Assembly: GCA_036153155.1 (NCBI GenBank)
Contig: JAYZMM010000132.1
Span: 136-64,135, forward strand
Length of the DNA: 64,000 nt
Source of the DNA: Planctomycetota bacterium
Lineage (GTDB): Bacteria > Planctomycetota > Planctomycetia > Pirellulales > UBA7805
Direction of reading: 5' to 3'
Below are positions 18,230 through 28,143 of this stretch, piece by piece; the stretch's first letter is position 1, and every line of letters begins with the position of its first letter. A program made the position numbers and the translations under genes. The notes under the pieces are model-generated. The model did not search any database. It was not told the DNA's origin and worked only from the letters and a program-made list of their open reading frames with translations.

Positions 18230-19579
18230 TCAAGCAGACTCTTTTAAAATTGCTTGATTCAATTTGTTATAGAGCGTTTTGAGACTTATACCCAGCTCTT
18301 CTGCAGTCTTCGGCTTGTTGCCTTGATTTCGCTCCAACGCTTGATCGATCGCCTGCATCTCTAAATCGCGAAGACTTACGGTGCCCAAAGTTGGGGCATT
18401 TTCATGCTTTCCTAATCGCGAATCGAAGTTTGTGGGTAGATGTTCTGGGAGAATGGTATCGGAATCACACAAAATAGTGGCATGTTGAATCGCATTCGCT
18501 AATTCACGAATGTTTCCGGGCCAACGATGTGCCATCAAAACTTCAGTGGCAGCCGGTGAAATATTTTTCTTAGAAGATATTCCTGAAGTAAATCGCCCGA
18601 GCAGATGTTCAACCAATGCCGGTAAATCTTCGATGCGTTCTCTTAACGCTGGTAGTGTGATTTCAAATGTATTGATTCGGAACATCAAGTCTTCACGGAA
18701 CTGATCATTGGCGACCATCTCCGTTAAGTTCCGGTGGGTAGCACATAACACGCGTACATCAACGATGATCGGAGTGTTTTCACCGACGCGACGGATTTCC
18801 CCACTTTCCAAAAATCGGAGTAATTTAGCCTGCATGGCTTTGGGGAGTTCTCCAATTTCATCTAAAAACAGCGTTCCTCCGGATGCAACCTCAAAGAGAC
18901 CTTTTCGGTGATCATCCGCTCCGGTGAATGCTCCCTTCCGATGACCAAAAAGTTCGCTCTCAATTAAATTTTCGGGCAACGCGCCGCAGTTAATAGGCAC
19001 AAACGGCTTTGTTGATCGTTTACTCTGATCATGCAATTCTCGTGCTACAAGTTCCTTACCGGTTCCGGTTTCTCCGAGTATGAGCACGGTCGAATTGGTT
19101 GCAGCGACCTTCGTTATCAAATCGTTAACTTGTTGCATGCGGGGGCTTTTACCGATCAGCCTCTCCGATCCCTGAAGCCTTTCAACCTGATATTCCAATG
19201 CGCGCCGTTCATTTTGAAGATCTCTTTTTTCGGCAATACGCTGAAGTAAATTTTCAAGCTCAATTAATTTGCAAGGTTTCATTAAGTAGTCGTAGACATG
19301 ATTTCGAATCGATGCGATCGCGCTTTCAAAGGTTCCCTTTCCAGTTAAAACAATCGAATCAGTCTTTGGCGATATCTCCCGAGCTTTCTCAATCACTTCA
19401 ATGCCATTGAGTCCAGGCATGTTCAGATCGACTAACAAACAATCGTAAGCATCCTGGGAAAGGGCTTGAACAGCATCAGTGCCATCTGCGCAAACAGTGA
19501 CCTCGTGTCCCATGCGCGGTAATTCTGTGCGCATCAACTCCTGGAGACTTTTTTCATCGTCGGCAAATAAGATTTTCAA
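18230..19579 (-). CDS. Sigma54-dependent response regulator (NtrC family)
   Basis: Receiver domain (LLVDLNMPGLNG). AAA+ Walker A GETGTGKE. The sigma54-contact loop GAFTGA is present. Fis-type HTH (AEELGISLKTLYNKL). TTG start giving MKILFADD. Confidence 0.9.
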   Translation of the reverse strand: MKILFADDEKSLQELMRTELPRMGHEVTVCADGTDAVQALSQDAYDCLLVDLNMPGLNGIEVIEKAREISPKTDSIVLTGKGTFESAIASIRNHVYDYLMKPCKLIELENLLQRIAEKRDLQNERRALEYQVERLQGSERLIGKSPRMQQVNDLITKVAATNSTVLILGETGTGKELVARELHDQSKRSTKPFVPINCGALPENLIESELFGHRKGAFTGADDHRKGLFEVASGGTLFLDEIGELPKAMQAKLLRFLESGEIRRVGENTPIIVDVRVLCATHRNLTEMVANDQFREDLMFRINTFEITLPALRERIEDLPALVEHLLGRFTSGISSKKNISPAATEVLMAHRWPGNIRELANAIQHATILCDSDTILPEHLPTNFDSRLGKHENAPTLGTVSLRDLEMQAIDQALERNQGNKPKTAEELGISLKTLYNKLNQAILKESA

Positions 19580-19647
19580 TTTGGTTTTCGATGCTTTGGC
19601 GATGGGTAGTCTCCTTTATGACCACGACATTTGATTTTGAATTGTTT

Positions 19648-21294
19648 TTAGGCTGCACAGATTTGGGTTTGACGGTTACCTGAATTTGCTCCAGCGAGTG
19701 GCAATAATATGCGAAACTTTGATCCAGCCCCCGGGCCATCGCTAAAAGCTTCCATTCGTCCTCCATGATGTTCGACGATGCCATAGGCTATGGTCAGGCC
19801 TAGCCCGGTACCTTGGCCATGACGGCGTTGTGTGAAAAAAGGTTCAAAGAGATGTTTTAGAACATCCTCGGTCATCCCACACCCGTTGTCAGAAACCGTA
19901 ATTGCTGCCATGCCATCATGGATTCCGAGCTTTAGCCGTATGTGACCACCCGCGTCGACACTCTCCATGGCGTTGTTGATCAGGTTCAACATGACTTGTT
20001 TTATTTCTTGTGGGTTTGCCACAATCATGACCGATTTGCAATCCTCGAACGTAATTTGTTTACGTTGTGATTTTGTCAAGGTAACAACCATATCGACCAC
20101 TGCCTGAATCAGGCTGCGAAGGTCTGTATGCTCCTCTGTTTGGTCACTCTTACGCGAGAGATCTAATAATTGTGATGTGATGCCTTTGCAGCGAAAGGCT
20201 TCATCTTGGATCATTTGCAGATATTTCTTTGCCGCAGCAAAATCCTCCGCGCTATCGATTGAGCGATCTTCGAGGCGTTTTTCCAGTGACTCTGCGCAAA
20301 GAGCGATCGATTGCATGGGGTTATTGATCTCGTGTGCGACCCCCGCAGCCAGAAATCCAACGCTGGCCATCTTGTCGCTTCGCACCATCTGGATCGTACG
20401 TTGCTCGACTTTCTCGTTCAGATCGGTTTGGATAATTTGGAACTTTTCCGTCATATTGTTCAAGGCATCCGCTAACTCTGACATTTCATCGTTTCCGGAG
20501 AGTTGAATTCGAAAATCGAAATCCCCAGTTGCAACTTGGCGAGACCCATTAATCAAAGTTGTCAGGGGGCGAAATATCCATGTGATAAACAGGCGGAAAA
20601 AAAGGATGATTGTTATTCCCGCTAATAGCATGCAAGCGAACGTGGTGTAAAACAGAGTGCGATATTCGACTCGGACGTTATCTGCTAGGTGCTCTAACCT
20701 TTCGCGAAAGAAACGCGTCAAATTCGCGCTATAGTTCTGCAGGTTTTGAAGGTCATCATCAATTTCTTCGATCTTTGCTTTATCTTCAATCCAATCGGAG
20801 TCCGCTGTTTGACGTTGGATTTTTTTTAGAAGCACATGAAGCTCATTGACCATTTGCTGTTCTTCAGGGCTTGATGCCATTTGCCCGTTCATCGCCCGAT
20901 CGCTTTTCTCCATTTGCGATTTGTAGCTTGCAAGCGTGTTAGAAACATTTGTCAATTCGGAGTCGAATTGCTCGCGCAGATTTTTTTGTATATTTTCGAC
21001 GTTTATGAGCGTGAGAGATCCGTATTTATCAGACAGGTCCAGCGTCGTTTCAATTTCTTTAATATTCACCCTGAGGTTAGTTACCCATCGCATCAGCGTC
21101 TTTCCATGGGGTAACTCTTTTGCACGATTACTGATCCCTTTGACCGTATTGCGATAAGTGTTCACCCCCCACAGGCCGGCCAGGGAACCTGCGGTCATGA
21201 ATACCAGCAGCAGCAGCAGCATAAGAATCAGCTTGTGCCGAATTGGGGTATGAGCGAACACCGGCGACCTCCTTGTCGCACGAAATCGTTCCAA
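19648..21294 (-). CDS. Sensor histidine kinase (2 TM, extracytoplasmic helical domain, HAMP, HisKA, HATPase)
   Basis: H-box AHEINNPMQSI, N-box NLINNAMES, G1 DNGCGM, G2 GTGLGL. HAMP region after the second TM. The TTG start at 21294 is uncertain. Confidence 0.85.
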   Translation of the reverse strand: MERFRATRRSPVFAHTPIRHKLILMLLLLLVFMTAGSLAGLWGVNTYRNTVKGISNRAKELPHGKTLMRWVTNLRVNIKEIETTLDLSDKYGSLTLINVENIQKNLREQFDSELTNVSNTLASYKSQMEKSDRAMNGQMASSPEEQQMVNELHVLLKKIQRQTADSDWIEDKAKIEEIDDDLQNLQNYSANLTRFFRERLEHLADNVRVEYRTLFYTTFACMLLAGITIILFFRLFITWIFRPLTTLINGSRQVATGDFDFRIQLSGNDEMSELADALNNMTEKFQIIQTDLNEKVEQRTIQMVRSDKMASVGFLAAGVAHEINNPMQSIALCAESLEKRLEDRSIDSAEDFAAAKKYLQMIQDEAFRCKGITSQLLDLSRKSDQTEEHTDLRSLIQAVVDMVVTLTKSQRKQITFEDCKSVMIVANPQEIKQVMLNLINNAMESVDAGGHIRLKLGIHDGMAAITVSDNGCGMTEDVLKHLFEPFFTQRRHGQGTGLGLTIAYGIVEHHGGRMEAFSDGPGAGSKFRILLPLAGANSGNRQTQICAA

Positions 21295-21475
21295 TTGAAT
21301 ACTCGAATAAGCCTTGGTGGTGCTAACTGTAGGACCAGCAGAAGCGAGTCAGACGAGTCTATCACCCCACTAGCGAAGGAACAACCGCAAGCTTCGTCGA
21401 GATTGTGTCCCATAACTTATTGATGATGCTAGCACTGATTTCAATTTGCAAATTGATCAGCGATAGTCGTAGCAG

Positions 21476-22657
21476 TCAGTAACGCATTATTTTCCGAATG
21501 AGGAAAATACTCCAGATCAGCAGCGTGATGTTGCCGAGCCAGACGCTGTAAGGAGGGAATACCCCATTCTTTGACTGCTCGATACTAACCATCAGAATGG
21601 GGTAGTACACGATCAAAATTGGAATAAAGCAAAGAAAAAATGTAGTCCAGAATTCTCCATTCCGTCGACGAATTGCCAGTGGTGCCCCGACGGCAACGAA
21701 AAATAGACAGCTAAATCCGGCAGCCCAACGGCGATGCGGCTCGGTGTGCAATCGGAATAGTTTTGATTCCTCTCCTGAAATAGCACCATCTAAAGATTCA
21801 CTGGTGTTCTTTAATTCGTAAAAATTTCCAGAAGCCAGATGAAAAGCAGAGGTGGCGGCAAGTCTTTGTTCAAATGCATCAATCCGGGTTTTTTGCTTCG
21901 TGATTTCGGCAGGAATTTCACTGAGGGCCATTTGAGAGGGGCTTTCTGAGCGTTGACTTCTACGCGCGGCACTGCTCAGTGGAATCACACGTTTAATCGT
22001 GTTGGGAAAGACTCCTTCCACTCCGCCACCCACAGCACTTCCATTATTCATCAGAATGGTCAGAAAGCCATTTTCAACATCAGAATGTAATTCTGCCCAT
22101 GCCGCGCGAATAACAACTGTGGGGGACTTTCCCGATGACTTGAATGTGAGTGTCGGCTCAACGAGTCGTTTGCCCTCCACCGATTTTACGTTGATTGTGA
22201 ATTGATTTGTTGCGTGCGAACCATGATTCTTGAGGCGACTATAAGCCACTTCCTCGATCGACTCAATGACGATCTTCTGGACACCTCTTCGGCCCCAGGA
22301 TACTGCCAAGTCATTCAGCCAGACGGTGGCAAAGCTCAACAGTACAACGGTCGCAAAACTTGGCCATAAGATTCTCCAGGGAGAAATTCCCAATGATTTG
22401 AGAGCAATAATTTCATTCGAAGAAGAGAGGCGTCCAAACACAAGGCATGCTGCAAAGAGAGAAGTGGCCGGAATTGCAAAACGGAGCGCGTCGGGCAAGA
22501 TATATGGAACTAGCTCATAGATGTGCGAGAATTGCAAGCCTTGCAAATGAAGCTCGCGGATAATCACAAAAAGAAGCATTACAATCGTAATGGCACTAAT
22601 CGATACCATGAATATCGAAATTAACTGCCAGAGGATATACCGCGTGAATATATACAT
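21476..22657 (-). CDS. LptF/LptG-family (YjgP/YjgQ) permease
   Basis: MYIFTRYILWQLISIF... followed by PYILPDALRFAIPATSLFAACLVFGRLSSSNEIIALKSLGISPWR, the family pattern. A periplasmic beta-jellyroll-sized insert is followed by 3 C-terminal TMs. Confidence 0.8.
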   Translation of the reverse strand: MYIFTRYILWQLISIFMVSISAITIVMLLFVIIRELHLQGLQFSHIYELVPYILPDALRFAIPATSLFAACLVFGRLSSSNEIIALKSLGISPWRILWPSFATVVLLSFATVWLNDLAVSWGRRGVQKIVIESIEEVAYSRLKNHGSHATNQFTINVKSVEGKRLVEPTLTFKSSGKSPTVVIRAAWAELHSDVENGFLTILMNNGSAVGGGVEGVFPNTIKRVIPLSSAARRSQRSESPSQMALSEIPAEITKQKTRIDAFEQRLAATSAFHLASGNFYELKNTSESLDGAISGEESKLFRLHTEPHRRWAAGFSCLFFVAVGAPLAIRRRNGEFWTTFFLCFIPILIVYYPILMVSIEQSKNGVFPPYSVWLGNITLLIWSIFLIRKIMRY

Positions 22658-22770
22658 AATGAATCTAAAACTTCGAAAAACTGGCAGAGCCACGCGTCCG
22701 ATTTTCGGAGTCTGAGCAGTGATGGTCAATACGAATCTTTGCGGGGATCCGCATTCTGATCGAATCGCTA

Positions 22771-24057
22771 TTAAATCAAGTCAATATGCGAATCACTCGC
22801 CCGCAGGCTTTCCCGATCTGATTTCAAGCTTGCGACGATATGTGATATGGCTTTGCAGTGCATTCGAACCGCTTCCGAAAACAGTTGTTTCTCCGCAAAA
22901 TCGGCAGCACTTTTTACTAATTGTTCAAAGGTGTCCCAATCGACTTCGACATTAAGCTTGCCAGCACTGTTCCTTAATTCAGAGGAAATGGCAGCAAAAC
23001 TGTTGACCGTTTCATCGGAGGGTGTGCAAGAATACGTACGATACGGTGCTCGTCCTAAGGGTTTCGGGTCATTGACCGTTTCACGGTCTTTTGGTGTTTT
23101 GTCGAAATACTGCAGTAACGTGACGATGGCAGTGACGACTGCACCAATGCCTGCCACGAGTGCGACAGGAATCAAGTTTTGAAAGATGCAAATGAATGCA
23201 ATTAGAACAAAAAGTAAAAAGAAGATCGTATTCCAAAAAGGTAGTCGACGTTCCTCATCCAATGCCACTCTGACCTTTGCAACAGGGGCATGGTCGACCT
23301 GTACGACAATCACAGTAATATTATCAGGACCACCACGTAAATTTGCGAGATCGACGAGGATTTGGGCAGATTCTGCTGGCGGCAGGCAGCCTATGATTGT
23401 CCCTATCTCGTGATCGCTGATTTGGCCGCTCAATCCATCGCTGCATAAGAGATAAATGTCACCCTTCTGCACGGGAAACGGGCCTTCGAGATCAATTTGA
23501 ACCTGTGGAGCAGGCCCTAGTGATCGCGTAATAATGTTTTTCGGAAGATGTAAATCGGTGGCAGTTCCAGAAATTTTTCCAGCAGCTTGCATCTCCCACA
23601 CAAGACTGTGGTCAAACGTTAATTGCTCGAGTTGGCCGCAACGCAATCGATATACCCGACTATCACCGACGTGAGCAATGACAGCTCCCATGGGTAAGAG
23701 CAGCAGGGAACTGCATGTGGTGCCCATGCCATTGAACTCGGGCTCGTCGCAACCACGCTGATAGATCGTCGCGTTTGCTCCTTTCACTGCCTGGTGAAGT
23801 GAAGTGATAGGATCATTGTCGAGATCCTTAGAGAATAAGTGGGGGATATTGTCGGCTGCGAGCTTGCTGGCTAATTCTCCAGCCGCATGGGCTCCCATTC
23901 CATCCGCCACCACGAATAGGTGGCCACGCTTTCGCCAAAATTCCTCGTCACTGGAGACAAGAATGTTTTTAGAATCCTGATTGTTTTTTCGCCGCATGCC
24001 GATGTCCGATATCGATGCATAGCGGACAGCTTGGGAAAACGGGATTGAATCAGACAT
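22771..24057 (-). CDS. PP2C-family Ser/Thr phosphatase with two TM helices and a C-terminal extension
   Basis: RKNNQDS, FVVADGMGAHAAGELAS, LLCSDGLSG and GGPDNITVIVVQ. Then the hydrophobic segments FFLLFVLIAFICIF and VALVAGIGAVVTAIVTLL. Confidence 0.88.
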   Translation of the reverse strand: MSDSIPFSQAVRYASISDIGMRRKNNQDSKNILVSSDEEFWRKRGHLFVVADGMGAHAAGELASKLAADNIPHLFSKDLDNDPITSLHQAVKGANATIYQRGCDEPEFNGMGTTCSSLLLLPMGAVIAHVGDSRVYRLRCGQLEQLTFDHSLVWEMQAAGKISGTATDLHLPKNIITRSLGPAPQVQIDLEGPFPVQKGDIYLLCSDGLSGQISDHEIGTIIGCLPPAESAQILVDLANLRGGPDNITVIVVQVDHAPVAKVRVALDEERRLPFWNTIFFLLFVLIAFICIFQNLIPVALVAGIGAVVTAIVTLLQYFDKTPKDRETVNDPKPLGRAPYRTYSCTPSDETVNSFAAISSELRNSAGKLNVEVDWDTFEQLVKSAADFAEKQLFSEAVRMHCKAISHIVASLKSDRESLRASDSHIDLI

Positions 24058-24431
24058 TCCAAATCCGGTGGATGTGCCTCAAAAGCGAGAAATCTAGATG
24101 ATCAAATTGATTGGGGGAAATCAACGCGTTCCGGCCGCATCGCCCCAGTGTCGTAAATCCGGATGGTCCCCAGTCGATCAAAAATGAAAGTGCTAGCACA
24201 AACTTTCCGTGCATTTTAGCGTTTAACCAGTTTTTGCACCAGTCTCAAACGTTGCCAGCGGACCCAAGATCGATATAGCTTGTCGCACGGAAGAAATCTA
24301 TACTCCGTCGCCTTTTTTCCTTGTCAGCCGAGGGGTTTGGACGGCAAATAAGCGGTGCCGCACAGACTGACGGATTGAATATTTTTTTATCACCTCCGCC
24401 ATGCTCGTGACCAGTCTCTGTGCTAAAAATA

Positions 24432-24914
24432 ATGCTTCCACATTGTACTGTTTTGTTGTTGATTGCTCCCGTGCTGTGTGGGTGTGTGCAGCGACGCATG
24501 ACAATTTCTTCCAATCCACCTGGCGCGATCGTCAAAGTCGATGATGTGGAGATTGGAAGAACACCTGTATCCACTAGTTTTGTCTATTACGGCACGCGAA
24601 AAATTCAATTATCGAAGGCTGGTTATGAGACATTGACCGTGTTACAGCCTGTTCCAACGCCTTGGTACCAATGGCCTGGCATCGATTTTGTTAGTGAACA
24701 TTTTTCGCCTGGTAAAATCAATGATGATCGACTGTTCAGCTATAATTTAGAGCCAGCTGTCGCCGTACCCACTGATCAACTTTTAGAACGGGCGCAGCAA
24801 TTGCGACAACAATCGGAAATCCTTGAAGTGGAACCACCGGTTGAAGCCTTACCTCTTCCGGCTACTCCTTCCTTCAATCCACCCCCGCCTGTGGATAACG
24901 GGCTCCCGTTATGA
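24432..24914 (+). CDS. PEGA-domain lipoprotein
   Basis: Lipobox-like LIAPVLCGC. PEGA pattern ISSNPPGAIVKVDDVEIGRTPV...KIQLSKAGYE. Confidence 0.7.
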   Translation: MLPHCTVLLLIAPVLCGCVQRRMTISSNPPGAIVKVDDVEIGRTPVSTSFVYYGTRKIQLSKAGYETLTVLQPVPTPWYQWPGIDFVSEHFSPGKINDDRLFSYNLEPAVAVPTDQLLERAQQLRQQSEILEVEPPVEALPLPATPSFNPPPPVDNGLPL

Positions 24915-24954
24915 CGGTGCCCCACTTGGAAATCGTCAAGTGAGCGTAAAGCGA

Positions 24955-26142
24955 TTACTGGGAATAGACGGGAGTTGGAGTGCTGGGCGCATCGCGCCAA
25001 TCTGCCGGTGGTCTGAGATCATCGCGCCACGTCAAAGGCGGCTGCTCTGAGATCTCGAAATTGGGGTATTTGCCCTGATCTTTTCGATGATGGATGGCTC
25101 CTGCAAGGCCGAGTTGCGCAGGATCACGCGCGATTTTGTCCGAAAAGACACGGATGTCCCCCATAATCGGCTGGAGTTGCCTTGTGACACCATCAATATT
25201 CATGGCAGCTCGATTCAGATTATTGTAGAGCGCTGGGTCATTGATTAGTTGGCCGATTGTTCCTTCCTGGCTGTTTAACTGATTTGTAAACTGATCGAAT
25301 TGGGACAGTACTGATTCAAATTTTGCAAGACTTGAATCAAGACGATTCACAATGACTGCACCGTTTTCTCCCAATGGGCCGGTGAACCCTTCGAGATTTT
25401 CAAGATTACGATCGGCGTGCTTTACGGCGATCTGAATCTCCGTCAACGTATCGCGTGTTTGCTTGACAACCTGTGGTATCTCATTAAGTCCATTTCTTAG
25501 ATTTTCTTGCATGGCTTCGTCGCCCAGGATGCGATTTAATTTGGACATTGTGAGATGGATACTGTTGAGTGTTTCTTCCGATTTGTTGATGATTCGATGA
25601 AACTGATCCTCATCATGGTTAGTCACTAGGTTATTAAGTTGTTCACCCAACTTTCCAAACTGATTGCTTGCCGTGCTTACGGAATTAAGCGTGTTACGAA
25701 GGTCGTTCTCAAGACCACCGAGCATTTCGAGCGGATTTCGTGTCGCAACACCTTTGATCTCAGCATTGTCGGGAATCAGTTTTTGGGACGTTTTCATGCC
25801 GGGAACAAATTCCACAAAAGAATTACCAAGCAAAGAAGAATTGTTGATAGAGCAGTTTTCATCCTCATAAATTTGAGTCCCAGCGTTGAGGCTCAAAGTT
25901 ACCATGACATCTGGAGAGTCTTTAACAAATTCCACTCTGCTAACGCGACCCACTAAGATACCGCTCTTTCGCACCGGTGTACCTTTGGCGACTCCAGGAG
26001 CATTGGTGAATCGTACTCGAATCGTTTTTCCGGTATGAAACATGGATGGAAAGTCGCCGAACAGCACAATCAAGATGGCCGTAAGTATGAGTGCCGATAT
26101 TACGACGATTCCGACTCTAGCCTGTGCAACGCGTTCATCCAT
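24955..26142 (-). CDS. MCE/MlaD-family protein with long helical C-terminal extension
   Basis: N-terminal TM followed by an MCE domain (IRVRFTNAPGVAKGTPVRKSGILVGRVSRVEF). The remaining ~250 aa are coiled-coil-like. Last gene of the mla-like operon. Confidence 0.82.
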   Translation of the reverse strand: MDERVAQARVGIVVISALILTAILIVLFGDFPSMFHTGKTIRVRFTNAPGVAKGTPVRKSGILVGRVSRVEFVKDSPDVMVTLSLNAGTQIYEDENCSINNSSLLGNSFVEFVPGMKTSQKLIPDNAEIKGVATRNPLEMLGGLENDLRNTLNSVSTASNQFGKLGEQLNNLVTNHDEDQFHRIINKSEETLNSIHLTMSKLNRILGDEAMQENLRNGLNEIPQVVKQTRDTLTEIQIAVKHADRNLENLEGFTGPLGENGAVIVNRLDSSLAKFESVLSQFDQFTNQLNSQEGTIGQLINDPALYNNLNRAAMNIDGVTRQLQPIMGDIRVFSDKIARDPAQLGLAGAIHHRKDQGKYPNFEISEQPPLTWRDDLRPPADWRDAPSTPTPVYSQ

Positions 26143-26217
26143 GATATAAGCCTTACTGAACAATTAAAGATAGTATTTGCTATTCAGCGAAGTGTGTAGT
26201 TTCATCGGGTGAACCTC

Positions 26218-27036
26218 TTAATCATCGATTGCCATTTCTTTGAGGCGTGATCCCGCTTCGCCGTGTATAAATTCAGATACACGTTTATCTTTTGCCTGGT
26301 CGATGGTGTTCGGATGACCATCAAAAAGTATTTGCGACTCACCTTTTTTCAGGCGCGAGAAGGGGTAAAGCATGATAATGCGGTCGGCAACCTTTCTCGC
26401 AGTGCGCATGTCGTGTGTCACAACAATACTTGTAACCGGGTAATGAGAACGTGTTCTGATGATAAGTGCATTGATGACATCACTCATGATTGGGTCCAGG
26501 CCCGTGGTCGGTTCGTCATAGAGTATTACTTCTGGCTCCATGGCCAGGGCGCGGGCGAGGCCAACGCGTTTACGCATTCCGCCCGATAGTTCAGCTGGTT
26601 TCTTTTCTAGCACGGATCCTGGAAGTCCCACCTCAGCCAAGCGTTTTTCGACCCGGTGCCGAATTTCAGCGCGATCACTTAATTGATGCTGTCGTAAAGC
26701 AAACGCAATATTTTGAAATACGGTCATGCTGTCAAATAGAGCGGCCGCCTGAAATACAAAACCGAATCGCATACGTTGGGCGGTTAACTCCCTTTCATTT
26801 GTTTTGCTTAGATCCTGTCCGTCGAAGAAGACCTCTCCCTCGGTAGGTGATATAAGGCGAATGATAGTCTTCATTAAGACTGTTTTTCCACAGCCACTTT
26901 CACCAATGACGGCGATAGTTTCTCCCTTCTTCGCTTGTAAGTTGATGTTGTTTAAAACAGTTTGTGTTCCAAAACGAATTGTCAGATTGCGCAATTCTAC
27001 CAACGATTCATCCGAATTTTGTTTTCCCTTATTCAT
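26218..27036 (-). CDS. ABC transporter ATP-binding protein (MlaF-like)
   Basis: Walker A GESGCGKT, signature LSGGMRKRVGLARA, Walker B ILYDEPTTGLD. Confidence 0.9.
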   Translation of the reverse strand: MNKGKQNSDESLVELRNLTIRFGTQTVLNNINLQAKKGETIAVIGESGCGKTVLMKTIIRLISPTEGEVFFDGQDLSKTNERELTAQRMRFGFVFQAAALFDSMTVFQNIAFALRQHQLSDRAEIRHRVEKRLAEVGLPGSVLEKKPAELSGGMRKRVGLARALAMEPEVILYDEPTTGLDPIMSDVINALIIRTRSHYPVTSIVVTHDMRTARKVADRIIMLYPFSRLKKGESQILFDGHPNTIDQAKDKRVSEFIHGEAGSRLKEMAIDD

Positions 27037-27064
27037 TGATAGATTTGGTCCTGGTATCCAAGCC

Positions 27065-27925
27065 TTAAAAAAGCTGGCCGCCCGCTGGCCAAATTAGTTT
27101 GTGAAACCCGATCAAAAAGATTCCTAAAAAGAGATCAAGCACAATAATCACCACGAACGCGTGCACAAATGCGGCGGTTGCAGCCCGTCCGACACCCTCC
27201 GCGCCCGGATCGCAGTGGAATCCGCGATAACAACCGAGAATTGCGATAGAAAAACCGAAGAATAAACTTTTGAATATGCCGCTGAACAGGTCATAAAGTC
27301 CGACAATGGAACGCGAGTTATGCCAGTAATAGAAAGCATCAATGTCAAGGATAAAGATGCTGTAAAAAGCACCGCCAATGACTCCCATAAAATTAGCGAC
27401 CACTGTCAGAGCAGGGATCAGACAAAGACAGGCGAGCAGTCGAGGAACGACGAGATAGTGGATCGGATTCGCGCCCATGCTAGTGAGCGCGTCGATTTGC
27501 TCCGTTACACGCATGGTACCTAATTCGGCGGCCATGGCGCTTCCCACTCTTCCGGCTAGCATTGTGCCTGCTAACACGGGACCCAATTCAGTAACAAGCG
27601 AAACGTTAATGACACCACCAAGTCGCGTCTGCAGGCCGAGATGGGCAAACTGGGCATAACTTTGTACGGCTAAAACCATTCCAATGAATGTCCCCGTGAG
27701 GGCAACCACAGGAAGACTGCGCACGCCGACTTGATAAAAATTAGGAAGTAAAGTTTCTTTTTGTGGAAACCTAGTCAGTAGCCACGAAATGGTTTGTATG
27801 GTGAACAATGACACATCACCAACGGCTGTGAACCAATCGATAACAATGGCTCCACTGTCGGTGAACCACCGCATCGGACCGACCATTCGCCGTTTGGTTT
27901 TCAAAGTTTGATCTGCTAATTCCAT
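27065..27925 (-). CDS. ABC transporter permease (MlaE family)
   Basis: TEQIDALTSMGANPIHYLVVPRLLA motif and 5-6 TM helices. It directly precedes the MlaF- and MlaD-like genes. Confidence 0.85.
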   Translation of the reverse strand: MELADQTLKTKRRMVGPMRWFTDSGAIVIDWFTAVGDVSLFTIQTISWLLTRFPQKETLLPNFYQVGVRSLPVVALTGTFIGMVLAVQSYAQFAHLGLQTRLGGVINVSLVTELGPVLAGTMLAGRVGSAMAAELGTMRVTEQIDALTSMGANPIHYLVVPRLLACLCLIPALTVVANFMGVIGGAFYSIFILDIDAFYYWHNSRSIVGLYDLFSGIFKSLFFGFSIAILGCYRGFHCDPGAEGVGRAATAAFVHAFVVIIVLDLFLGIFLIGFHKLIWPAGGQLF

Positions 27926-28143
27926 AAAAAGCCAGACCGAGAATTTACTCTCGATAGAACAGGTTCATTGAGCGCGGTGATACGTGTCCTTTCTTCGGCA
28001 GAGAACCTTTCGGGCTTGAGGAATATTTGACGATCCGGTGGCCCTGGGCATCTAGGCAGTCTAGGGCACTTTGGTCCGTCGGTCGCGGTTTCCAAATGTG
28101 CCAAAAAGCGGTTTAAGAAAATGGATTCAGAACAGACAATCCG

